A stretch of 64,000 nucleotides of DNA from Setoptus koraiensis (Eukaryota; Animalia; Arthropoda): positions 3,844,001 through 3,908,000 of the forward strand of contig CM106586.1 in assembly GCA_048013815.1 (NCBI GenBank). Direction: 5' to 3'. The notes beneath the pieces are model-generated. The model made no database searches and was not told where the DNA came from. It saw nothing but the letters and a program-made list of their open reading frames with translations. The position numbers were made by a program, and so were the translations under genes. Below are positions 26,301-37,589 of this stretch, in pieces. Position 1 is the stretch's first letter, and the number at the start of each line of letters is the position of its first letter.

Positions 26301-29300
26301 ATACGCTCAAGAGATACCTCAAAGAGACAGTCAGCGAGCGTTTCAAGAAACAGTGAAATCAGACGTAAGAGTCTACACGATCTGGATGATATTGAAATTG
26401 TCTTTTGGCCAAAAATTTTGACCGGCAACCATTCAATCAATCAATGCTGCGGGAAGAGCATAGAATCTATCAGGCTACTAGTTGATCACAGATATTTTCA
26501 GCGCCTTATTCTGTTAGCCATTTTGATCAACACCATTTCTATGGGTATCGAGTATCACAATCAACCTGAACAGCTTACGGAGACTGTAGAAATAAGTAAT
26601 ATTGTATTTGCGTGCCTTTTCTTGATAGAAATGGTCCTCAAATTATTGGCTCATGGGTTCTATGATTACATCATTGATGGTTTCAATTGTTTCGATGGTT
26701 GCATCGTTCTTCTTAGCGTGCTTGAATTATTTGAAACCTCTGGCTCCGGTCTGTCCGTACTAAGAACATTTAGACTTTTGAGGATCTTGAAACTTGTGCG
26801 TTTTATGCCCGCACTCAAGAGGCAATTAATCATCATGTTGAGAACGATTGACAATGTTGCGGTTTTCTTTGCACTTTTAGTATTATTTATATTCATATTT
26901 AGTATATTGGGTATGAACTTGTTCGGCTGTAAATTCTGTGATCAACTCCCTGATGGCACAACACGATGCGACAGGAAAAATTTCGACTCACTACTATGGA
27001 GTTTAGTAACTGTTTTTCAAATACTCACTCAGGAGGATTGGAATGTATGTATACAATGTCCTATTTGCTTCAATGCCCAATAATCAGATTGATATTCTTC
27101 AATAATTTAATGATCACTGTACTCATATCTGCAGGTTGTATTGTTCAATGGAATGGAGAAAACATCGCATTGGGCTGCACTATATTTTGTTGTCCTTATG
27201 ACATTTGGTAACTATGTGCTATTCAACCTATTGGTAGCTATATTGGTGGAGGGGTTCTCACAAGAGGTATTTATAAGATCCTATAAGCCTGACAACCACA
27301 TTAAAATAGATTACTCACTCTAACACGATTTACTATTGATGCTACTGCCACTTTGATTGTTTTACCCAAACAACGATATGAATATATTCATTTAGGACGA
27401 TCTGAAAGTTTCCTCGAGTTCCAACTACACTCTAAAAGATCAAAGCAACCAGAGCCAAACAGGAAAACAGACACAACAAAAGCGTAACCTGAAGAATGAT
27501 CCTTCAAACAATAGTATCATGCAAGCTATTTCCGGGAGAAAGATGATTGATCCTGAAACAAAATCAGTAATCTCAGACAATTATATCAATGATAAAGTTG
27601 GAAATAAGATATTATTGCCAAAATCTTCGTTAAATGGCAGGGATAACAAGCGCATTCTTCACAGTGTTACTTCTCGCGATGAGACTACCATTGAACAACC
27701 TATGCTGAGGAAGGCTGGTGGTCACACAAGAGCAACGAAACAAGCTAGTTATGGATCAAAGTCATCTAGCCAAATCCGATCAGTTTCTGTTGATCTGGAT
27801 ATGGTCATTGATACTGATAACCAAGCGAACAAATACCTCGATTACTATCAACGGAATATCGAACTCACCCAGAACAACGACAACAGAGGTGAAATCAAGG
27901 GCGAAACAGGAGGTGCTTCAAATACCATGAATTGTTCCATCACTGGTGGAAATAATCCAGCTCAGAAGCGCTTGATATATTTCTACGATAGCAGGGATAA
28001 TATTGAAGAAGGTTAGTCTCACTATAATATATATATTTTATTGATAAAATTACCGTGTTGAGTTGTTCACCGTTTAAGAGTCTTTTCCCTCTCTCTTTCC
28101 ACCAATCTTATAACAGAAATCGAATTTCTAGTAAAATCACTTCAGTCTAACTCATATACGGCCTCTGCTGAGTTGAGGCAACAAAATAGTAAGGGTTGCT
28201 TACAGAACGCTCTCGGCCTGCAAGATTCAACGCGAAATACACCGTTTGCCGTTGCTGCCGTCATTGGTCTACCAATGCCCAATCATGAATTCCAGATGAA
28301 ATCAGATATCTATGTTGATAGAAGATATCATCCTCCAACGATTGTTGCACGTCCGGCGGAAACGTACAGAGGGAAGTGCTCATCCATACCAGATGCAAAG
28401 TCGTGTTTAGATGAAAAGAATGACCATCAACGAAGGTTGTCTGAAAATATTGATAAAAATTTTTTGCTATGTGATCAACCTAAAGATAAATCACGAGTGG
28501 ATTACAACTTCAAAGTTCAGTCTCAATGGTCATCGACACCATGCATCTTAACTGAGTCCAGTATAAACGCTATGCGACTTCATCATGCCTATAAAAATCA
28601 CTATCCTCGCCAATCGGGTCAGCTTAAGTTACTCAAAGGTAAGTTGAAAATAACTATAGTCCATCGACATAGACCAAACATGTAAGTTCGTACGAAAGCT
28701 GACGTTTCATTTGGTCGCTTAAAACATCAAATCACTATAGGTTTTACACGATTTGATGAATCGTGTTCTAGGGTAGATGATCACGGCTATCGTCGAACGC
28801 TCGCGAACTTCCTAGGACATTCTTGTTTAGGTGGATGCCAAGGAAATGGTTCAAGTAGATGTGGACTTTGTCTCCTCTACAAGCCAATCTGCAGGTTCCA
28901 ATTCGGAAAAGCATCATCTCAATCACCCTATTCGTTTACTCTCCCGGATCAGGCAGTGCATCAGCTCAACAATCATGGTAAAAAAAATCATCGATTGCAG
29001 GAAGTTATCAAATCAAACGAAAAGTTCTTGCAAGCGATGTCGAGGCGAGAGGAAAGAGTAAAGAGGGCAAAAATTGCGGCAACTATCAATAACTCGTATG
29101 ACTTTCTTCCAACAAGTAGAGCATTGGCCATAAGACGAGGATCCAGTGCTGTGCTTTCAAGATTGCGCCTCATTCGTCCATCAATTGAATCTATTCTCCC
29201 CACACCCATATCAATGACAGATTCCAGTCGTAACTTCTCCAATACATCACCTCTAAACAAACCGATACTTATGACATCTAGCGTGAGTCGATCGGAAAAT

Positions 29301-32153
29301 ATGGTTGTTCTGGAGTTGGATGAACCCCACGATTCAAAACAGAAAGACAAGCTACTTTCAGAAAATAATTCTGTGTCTGATATGACAGATCAACAAGCCT
29401 CCAACAATGGGGTTGAATATCTCAGGGTTGACCAGAGACCTCTAGGTACTGATAATCGAACTCCATCGATGGGACGCTTCTCCATAACAAGTATATCGGG
29501 TCTCCGATTATCTAGAAATTCTTTAGTAGTGTCCGAAAATACAGATCTCACAGGTAATCAACATGACAGACGTCCCTCTTCTTCAATGCTTGCTCAGCTT
29601 ATAGCGGGCGAACGGGGAATGGGCAGACCCAGTGTGATTGGTTGGTTCCAAGGAAAGAATTCAGCCAGAAGCTCTAATGTTACTCAAACAAGCAAGACTT
29701 GCTCCACAGTAGTTACCGAGAGAGGTACAGCTCTACACTATTTAATGTCAACACGGAGAAGAAGTTTTTCAGGCCCATTCACATGGTTAGAACGCAATCA
29801 CAAAAATAAGAATGATTTATTATTACCTCATGTCTCTCGATATGACAGGATTCAACTCAAACCAAAATCAAAAAAGGAGACCAAGATTCACTCATCTGAT
29901 TATCACAGTGTTAACAACAAACGTGTTTATAAATTGGAGGCGAAGGGTTTCCAGACAACACTTAACGGAGTGTTCTACGTTGTTGCTAAAGACCCTCTCC
30001 GTCAAACAAATAATCAAAGTTTTGAAGGGCCTAGGAAATTCACCGACGAAAATAGCCTTCTAGTTGACAACTATAACGAAGAGGGCTCCCTCGATAATCA
30101 TTCTTCGTTCTTCTATAGCTCGGATGATGAGATGGCGACTGGATTAGAACGCCCTCGTTCGCGCAGCGACAAGACTAGATCAACTAAAAGGACATTCTTA
30201 AAATATTTTCAATGGAATAATTGGATGATCAAGAGAAGAAACTATTCTCTTTTCTTCTTTTCACCCGAGAACAAGTTGCGTAGATTTTGCCTAAGTGTCA
30301 CTAACAGAAGAGAATTCGATTACTTCGTACTATTCTTCATTTCCATGAACTGTGTCACACTTGCCATGGAAAGACCAAAGATACCACCTTACAGCAAAGA
30401 GAGAGAATTTCTGACTATTGCAAACTACTATTTTACATTCTTATTCACATTGGAGATGGCACTAAAAGTTATAGCCAAAGGTCTTTACTATGGCCGTGAT
30501 GCCTACCTCAGCGATAGTTGGAATATCATGGATGGAACGTTGGTCGGTTTCTCTTTGTTCGACTTGCTGCTATCAATTGTAGCAGATAGAAGTCCTAGGA
30601 TATTCGCCATACTCAGAGTATTCAGGCTGCTGAGATCTCTGAGACCACTGAGGGTCATAAATAGACTGATGGGTCTGAAGCTGGTGGTGCAGACTCTGCT
30701 CTTATCCCTGCGACCAATCGGAAATATTGTGCTCATCTGTTGCACTTTCTTCATTATCTTTGGTATTTTAGGTGTACAGTTATTCAAGGGTACATTCTAT
30801 TATTGCGATGGACCAATGCCACTTGAGATAATGAAGCATGTCAAAACTAGAGCTGACTGTCTTGCCGACCCTCGGAATAGATGGATTAATCGAAAATATA
30901 ACTTCGACAATCTTGGGCAAGCATTAATGGCCTTGTTTGTACTTTCTTCGAAGGATGGTTGGGTCAACATTATGTACACAGGCTTGGATGCGGTCGGTGT
31001 GGATAAACAGCCGATCGAGAATCACAATGAATGGAGACTCTTGTATTTTATATCATTCTTACTGCTAGTAGCCTTTTTTGTACTCAACATGTTTGTAGGT
31101 GTAGTTGTGGAGAACTTTCATAGATGCCGAAAGGAACAAGAGATGGAAGAAAAGGCGAGAAGAGCAGAGAAACGACAACGGAAGTTGGACAAAAGAAGAA
31201 GAAGACTGCGAGAGCCCCCCTATTATTCGAACTATGGGCCAGCTAGATCGCTCCTTCACAAGTGGGTCACAGGTGGTTATTTTGATCTCTTCATAGCAGC
31301 TGTGATAGGGTTTAATGTTGTTTTCATGTCATTGGAATACTACCAAATGCCAGCTGAGCTCATCAACGTCCTGAAGATATCTAATTATATATTTACAGTA
31401 GCCTTCATATTGGAGGCAGCCATAAAATCAACGGCTTTGGGCGCAAGACGTTACCTGAAGGACAGATGGAATCAACTCGACGTTATAATAGTTACCCTAT
31501 CTATTTTCGGCATTGTACTAGAGGAGATGGACTCCTTTACTCTGCCTATCAACCCAACATTGCTCAGAGTTTTGAGAGTGATGAGGATTGCACGAGTACT
31601 GAAACTTTTGAAGATGGCCAAAGGTATCCGCGCTTTGTTGGACACAGTAATGCAAGCGTTGCCTCAAGTAGGAAATCTGGGACTACTATTCTTCCTACTG
31701 TTTTTTATATTTGCTGCACTTGGCGTTGAACTATTCGGACGATTAGAATGCAACGACGATTATCCTTGCTCTGGTCTTATGGAACAACATGCTCATTTTC
31801 AGAATTTTGGTTTAGCATTTTTGACTTTATTTAGAGTAGCCACAGGGGACAACTGGAATGGTATTATGAAGGACACCTTGAGGGACAAGTGCGATCCGTC
31901 CAGCAATTGCTTGAAGAATTGCTGTGTTTCACAGTTAATTGCACCTTTGTATTTCGTGATTTTTGTATTGTTAGCACAATTTGTTCTCGTCAACGTAGTG
32001 GTAGCAGTCCTCATGAAACACCTAGAGGAATCTCACCACGAGATGGAGATAGACGAAGAATACGAGCTCGACAAACAGCTGGGAGAAGAGCTGGAGGCTA
32101 AAAAATTGGCGCTTATGGAATCCTTGGAGAGAAGAAACTTGTACTTTGTCTAG
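171..32153 (+). CDS. Ca-alpha1T: T-type voltage-gated calcium channel alpha-1 subunit (Cav3), 9 exons, 3358 aa
   Basis: Exons 171-1027, 22208-22303, 22417-22667, 22764-22853, 22945-27044, 27135-27266, 27396-28011, 28117-28638 and 28741-32153 sum to 10077 nt (3359 codons) with all phases consistent. Four S4 segments are present. Pore residues SLEGW/TQEDW/SKDGW/TGDNW give EEDD, diagnostic of Cav3. Gating-brake helix KKREMERM...[11 protein letters not shown] lies in the I-II linker. Confidence 0.95.
5232..5306. repeat. (GTT)n-rich microsatellite
   Basis: About 25 imperfect GTT/GCT/GTC triplets, near an (AAT)n run at about 5095-5113. Confidence 0.9.
7258..7337. repeat. 8-bp tandem repeat CCGCRAAY x10
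   Basis: Ten units read directly, ordered GAAC,GAAT,AAAC,AAAC twice, then GAAC,GAAC. Confidence 0.9.
9729..9840. repeat. 16-bp minisatellite NGCGGAATTCTGTTGG x7
   Basis: Seven contiguous 16-nt units with no spacers. Confidence 0.9.
17017..17070. repeat. 12-bp tandem repeat ACCAGACGCnnn x4.5
   Basis: ACCAGA recurs at 17017, 17029, 17041, 17053 and 17065. Confidence 0.85.
22945..27044 (+). CDS. Ca-alpha1T: Cav3 exon 5 (domain I pore to domain II pore)
   Basis: Acceptor cacag|GT at 22944/5 and donor AAT|gtatgt at 27044/5. Encodes [16 protein letters not shown] through LTQEDWN. Confidence 0.92.
28741..32153 (+). CDS. Ca-alpha1T: Cav3 last exon (II-III linker, domains III and IV, short C-tail)
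   Basis: Acceptor ctatag|GT at 28740/1, open frame into ORF 28956-32153, with complete domains III and IV. Confidence 0.92.
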
Positions 32154-32203
32154 AGAATCATTCCGTAGAATAAAATACCAAGGTGACTGTCATCATTCCA
32201 GTT

Positions 32204-32983
32204 CTACGTTTTAGTGAACGCTGGTTCGGTCAATAGTGTCCTCATAGCTTCGTTCTGTTCTTTAAAATGTTCGTTGAAGCACATAGCATGCGAGGATTGT
32301 GAAAATCGGAACAAGGGAGCTCGCGCTGGTTGAGTTTCATTGATATCATTAGTCAACTCGGGTATTTCTGGTGTTTTATTAAGTAGTCCGAGACTTTCAA
32401 ATATCATAGATCTATCAGTGGACGGATCATTTGATTTGAGTTCCTCCATGAGCCATTTGTATATTTCCTCTCTTTTAGTTTCCAGTTCAGCTCGAACCTC
32501 TTTTAGGCAATCTACTTCGCTAAAATTATCATCAATATACTTTTGTTTCTCCACAAGTAGCTTTGTGGCCACGAGGAAATCTTTTTTGCTTATATGATCG
32601 TTAACTTTGATAGGTACTTTGAGTAGTTCGTCCACTTCATTCAATAATTGCAGAACCTTTTCATTTGTTTGTGATTCTTCGTTCAATCTTTTAAGATCTT
32701 CCAATCTACACAATAGTAGATTTTGGCAATCCTGTAGGTGTTTCTTTGCTTGCGATAGGCGTTCTTTGGAAGATCTCAGATTAGATGTGATCTTGCTGAA
32801 AGCTTGCATTACCATTGTTAGATCCTTGTGATGAATTAATACTAATTTGTTGAGTTTGTCGTCGCTCGCTTTGAGGCGCTCTTCTAGTTGATTCTTGATA
32901 TGGTCCCTCTCAACATCGTCTTTGCTTGCAGTGAGGTTTTTGATAACTGACATAAGCAGACCAGACTTAATTTGTTCCTCCAT
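32204..32983 (-). CDS. Sec8: Exocyst component 4 (Sec8)-like, miniature 259 aa, intronless
   Basis: SGLLMSVIKNLTASKDDVERD...LLLCRLEDLKRL...KVPIKV...KKDFLVATKLL resembles the EXOC4 N-terminus ([21 protein letters not shown]...MLLHCKRDELRKL). C-terminal LFRFSQSSHAMCFNEHFKEQ resembles the mid-protein [20 protein letters not shown] block (recalled, not aligned). Confidence 0.85.
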   Translation of the reverse strand: MEEQIKSGLLMSVIKNLTASKDDVERDHIKNQLEERLKASDDKLNKLVLIHHKDLTMVMQAFSKITSNLRSSKERLSQAKKHLQDCQNLLLCRLEDLKRLNEESQTNEKVLQLLNEVDELLKVPIKVNDHISKKDFLVATKLLVEKQKYIDDNFSEVDCLKEVRAELETKREEIYKWLMEELKSNDPSTDRSMIFESLGLLNKTPEIPELTNDINETQPARAPLFRFSQSSHAMCFNEHFKEQNEAMRTLLTEPAFTKT

Positions 32984-33975
32984 TGTGGTTGAGACCTCAG
33001 CTTAACTCTAATTTCTTTGGTTAGTATGGTGGCGTAGCCCTGTGCACAGAGGTACACAATGACAACAATAGTATGCTGACAAAATTTGACGATGTGTAAA
33101 TATCAATGTACTATGTAGGTGTAGACATAGCAGTTGAACAAAATGTCGTCGATTTCTATTATTAATCTACTCCCCTCGAGTGCAACTTTATTATCATATA
33201 GAGCAGTACATGGTCGTATAGGATGTGTTTCTCGAGCATTGGTGTCAATTCAATTCAATTGTGCATTGTGTTAGGTTTTTCCAACGTGTCCATCTTTGTT
33301 TATAAAAAGATCCGCGAGGGCAGCGCTGCATGAGAGTTTAGTGTTGAGATGATCTGCGAGCCAACAGTGATACAAGCTGCACGACCGTACCACAAATCAG
33401 GAACTGCACACGTACATTCGGTGTAAGGCGTGAAATCAGAAAAAAAGAAACATTCAATGGAACACTCTGTGGCTGCACTTCGCAATTCTTTTGCTTTGCC
33501 AGCGCCTCTGGTGATTCATTTTGTAAACCGGTATGGATATATTAGAAAAATCTAACACAACTGTATGCAACTGCTGCAGAGCAAAGTGCAAAGAGTTACT
33601 CAATTTTGAATCAGCTGTGCGATATTATCAGATTTGCACGTTTCTGCGATTGCATCGCAACAAATGGTGGTGTAGTTGCACTGTGTGTGAGTGTGTGTAG
33701 CACTGTAGAAGCGACACCAAAAATAAAAGAACGGCCGTTACCCTCATCGTAATGTGCTTTAGCTATAGAGAGGGAGAGAGTAGATTAACACTAATAGCAA
33801 CCAACAGTTGAATTTTTTTCTTTGTTCAATTGCGTTCCATATACACTCAATTGTACAACGCCATCAGATTTGTAGGGATCTACTTACCATCATCGGTATA
33901 TAAACAGATATATAGTTTAAAAAAACTATATAAGAAAGTATAACTGTGTAATTGAAGAACAAGAAACAAAATTGA

Positions 33976-34770
33976 ATGTTTATGGAGGAACAAATTAAAT
34001 TTTACGAGGAACTCGAACAACGATACAATGATGCGCGCGAACAATTATTCAGTATCAAACGGGCGCTAGATTCTTATGATGAAATAATGAAGCAATATGA
34101 CCAACAAATTAATGAAAATCTTGCCATACAAAATATAACAAACGACGAAAGGAAACGCGCCATACTACTAGATTCATTTGACAAATTGGTAGTCAAATAT
34201 GAGAAATTCAGAACAAGACGCAATAATACCGAATTGGAATATAAAAATATTTGCAATTATAAGATACAAACCGAAAGTGATTTAAACTCAATGAAAACAC
34301 AAATAGCCAATTTGAAAAAGTTACAAGACATAACACACACTTCCACCGATAGATTAGAATCTGTTTACGATTATGATGTCGAGACAATTAATTTCCTAAA
34401 TGAAGGCAACTGGAATCTTGGCATATCATGCGATCGAACATTAGCCGAATCACTATTGGGCTGTTTTCCTAGTGGCACATTCCTAGTTCGAGCTTCTAAA
34501 ACAAAACCGGACTCATTTGCGTTGTCTGTCGTGGCCAATTCTAAAGTCCAACATTGTCTAATAGACAAAATCAGTGACGGATATTGTTTTCATCCGTCGG
34601 GCCCTCAACACAGTACTTATCCCTCACTATGTTCATTAGTTATGGAATACAGGCACAAGTCTTTGTTGAAACATCACCCCCAATTGAATACAAGTCTCAT
34701 TTATCCTGTGCTCTCACAAATTAGGAAAAATCAACCAAATGATAATATAGGAAGAGATGTATACCCTTAG
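33976..34770 (+). CDS. Pi3K21B: Class IA PI3K regulatory subunit-like (iSH2 coiled coil plus C-terminal SH2), 264 aa
   Basis: About 125-aa coiled coil (IKRALDSYDEIMK...ESDLNSMK) followed by an SH2 domain: W...DRTLAESLLGCFPSGTFLVRAS...FALSVVANSKVQHCLI...YPSLCSLVMEYRHKSLLKHHPQLNTSLIYPV. Confidence 0.8.
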   Translation: MFMEEQIKFYEELEQRYNDAREQLFSIKRALDSYDEIMKQYDQQINENLAIQNITNDERKRAILLDSFDKLVVKYEKFRTRRNNTELEYKNICNYKIQTESDLNSMKTQIANLKKLQDITHTSTDRLESVYDYDVETINFLNEGNWNLGISCDRTLAESLLGCFPSGTFLVRASKTKPDSFALSVVANSKVQHCLIDKISDGYCFHPSGPQHSTYPSLCSLVMEYRHKSLLKHHPQLNTSLIYPVLSQIRKNQPNDNIGRDVYP

Positions 34771-35352
34771 TGATAGGAATCATAACTACCAATGCCTCCT
34801 AGTTTCTCCTAGTTGAACTACAGCGCCTAGTCTCAACATTAATTATTCAATTAAGATGCTCTTTTATGATTAACAAGACGGTTTTGTAACAATATTTTTA
34901 CCCGGATGTAAGTTTTATGAAATTCACGCTTTAGATTAAGGCTGGCCCGTACCACGTGTATTCTCTTCTAGTGTCTATAGAAGCTCATTTTAGCAATCTA
35001 ATATTGATAAAATTTCCGCGCGATGTTAACTGTCTATCATCCATGACTGGTATAAAAATTACTAAATTGTTGTCGTCGTCTCACCAAGTGCGAATACTCA
35101 TTTCCCTCCAAGCACTTTGATCGCACCTGATTACATACTCTCATGAGTATTTTATCTAGATCATTATCTTCCATTGGTTAGCTCACTCAGCTTACTAGAT
35201 TTTCCGTTTAAATCTCGTCTAGATCACGCTTATTTTTCTTGCAATAACAACTTAGAACATCTTGACATCAGCTAATTAGACATCGCGAGGCTGTCGGAAC
35301 CTAATATCATCATCTAATTATAATACTAATATAAGCTCTGGTCAAACTCAAG

Positions 35353-35571
35353 ATGCAATTATCATCAATTGTTGCTTCGATATTCGTAGTTTCTGCCGTA
35401 ACATTATCAGTATGGCAAATCTTCTCTCATCTGAATCATTTCTCCAAGCCTTATCTGCAGAAATACACTGTGAGAATACTATTGATGGTGCCAATATACT
35501 CAATCAATGCTTGGGTGGCCCTCACTCTACCAAGTTTCGGAATTTATTTAGATACTGTGCGTGAATGCTAT
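35353..35571 (+). CDS. TMEM184: TMEM184 family (OST-alpha-like) protein, 5' part only, cut by assembly gap
   Basis: FVVSAVTLSVWQIFSHLNHFSKPYLQKYTVRILLMVPIYSINAW...IYLDTVRECY is the typical TMEM184 N-terminus. It runs into Ns at 35572. Confidence 0.85.
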
Positions 35572-36071
35572 NNNNNNNNNNNNNNNNNNNNNNNNNNNNN
35601 NNNNNNNNNNNNNNNNNNNNNNNNNNNNNNNNNNNNNNNNNNNNNNNNNNNNNNNNNNNNNNNNNNNNNNNNNNNNNNNNNNNNNNNNNNNNNNNNNNNN
35701 NNNNNNNNNNNNNNNNNNNNNNNNNNNNNNNNNNNNNNNNNNNNNNNNNNNNNNNNNNNNNNNNNNNNNNNNNNNNNNNNNNNNNNNNNNNNNNNNNNNN
35801 NNNNNNNNNNNNNNNNNNNNNNNNNNNNNNNNNNNNNNNNNNNNNNNNNNNNNNNNNNNNNNNNNNNNNNNNNNNNNNNNNNNNNNNNNNNNNNNNNNNN
35901 NNNNNNNNNNNNNNNNNNNNNNNNNNNNNNNNNNNNNNNNNNNNNNNNNNNNNNNNNNNNNNNNNNNNNNNNNNNNNNNNNNNNNNNNNNNNNNNNNNNN
36001 NNNNNNNNNNNNNNNNNNNNNNNNNNNNNNNNNNNNNNNNNNNNNNNNNNNNNNNNNNNNNNNNNNNNNNN
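35572..36071. other. Assembly gap (500 N)
   Basis: Exactly 500 Ns, probably a nominal scaffold gap of unknown true size. Confidence 0.99.
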
Positions 36072-37411
36072 GTCAACAGAGCGCTAATAAAGAATCTCAT
36101 CTCGATATACCGCACAAAAGCAGTGTTTTAAACAAAAAGAAGATAGCAAACTGTCTGTTGAATAGCTTGAAGACTTATACGGGTGATTCGAAGACGAACA
36201 AAAGTTTCGCTCACCAAAAAAGTAACACCGTCAATGTCAATGCGATATGGCCGGTGAATAAACAGCACATTAAGTTTAACTCGGGACTATTCTTCGTTTT
36301 ATTGTCTAGTAGTTTGCTAGTAACCTTACTGGGACAAATAAGCGTTGATTGTGAGCCTCAGCGTTTTCAAGCCAACAGGCCTGCGCGACAGATTGATTGT
36401 CAGTAAGTATGATAGAAACTATGAAGTCATTAACCATCATGGGTATTTTGATCGACTCTCATCCTACTTCATTATTCTCTCATTTAATTATACTATAAAT
36501 TCTCAGGAAGTTTGTTTTCGCACCAGGTTGTCGGGGTATAAGCGCGAAAAGGTCATCGCGTGAAGACCAACCGAAGACTCTCATGGATATGGTGGAAGCC
36601 CTACCATCTTCGTCATCTCGTTCGTTCAACCCGAGAGTTTCATCTAGTTATCATCAGGTATTCATTCCTCCTGATGCATTATCAGGGGAGTTTCAGGAGC
36701 CTCAATTCTATCCTAGACCACTGTTTCGCTTTCCATCAACCTGGAATCAAGTTTAACGCAAGCCTAGATCACATAGAACTCGAGATGGCTACACTAGTCT
36801 CACAAAGTGAGCATAGGAAACCTATTCATCAAGAGGAAGAATGCTTGTAATTCAAAACATGTTCGAGAGCCCTACTGATGTCACTCATCAGTTATCGCAA
36901 CGAGAGTTTGGAGATGGTGCTCTCATATATCAGATTATTCAGAATTAAAGACGAAGCGAGCGATGTACATAAGTTATTTCAGTATCATATAAAGCACGGT
37001 TAACTCAGGGTGTGTTCCTTACATGAAAACAAAGATTAAACATTGGAGGTAGTAGAAGGTTGGGAATTGAACCAAGATGGTAACAAATGGCACCATTTGT
37101 TCATAAATTGAGACTGGATATCGTAAAACAAACAGAGGAGACATATGGTAATGTAACAACCACAAATAGTTGTTTAATTGAAAGAATAAATAGTGTCAAG
37201 ATCGATGAGGTGAGCAAATTTGGTGAATTCGACTGTTTGCCGTCACGACACTAAATTTAATTTTGCTTCAGTTTCTCAGTTTCTAGACTATTAAATTATT
37301 CTTGCACTTTTGAAGCGATGAGAGACAACCCTTATAAATCCAGCATTGAAGTTGCTGTCTGAATATTGCTTGACTACTGAACAACTAGATGCTTAGTTAC
37401 TTAGAACCATC

Positions 37412-37589
37412 ATGCCGGTAGAAATGGTCTATACTCGTGGTTTAAACCACACGGACCTTCTGCCCTTTCCCTCCATTATCGGAATGAAGGAACGAGAGAC
37501 TTTCTGCTAGAGTATAAACCATTTCTACCGTTTCCGCCAAATGGAAGAAACGGCAGAAAGTGGTTTAAACCACTGAGTTTCCGTCGGCA
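37412..37589. mobile_element. Small inverted-repeat element (MITE-like)
   Basis: 21-bp IR with 1 mismatch at 37416-37436 and 37510-37530, palindrome GTGGTTTAAACCAC at 37437 and 37560, and outer TGCCG..GAAA/TTTC..CGGCA ends. Confidence 0.4.

Noticed and set aside
35522-36406. Long ORFs spanning the N run
   Set aside because: Artefacts of translating Ns as X.
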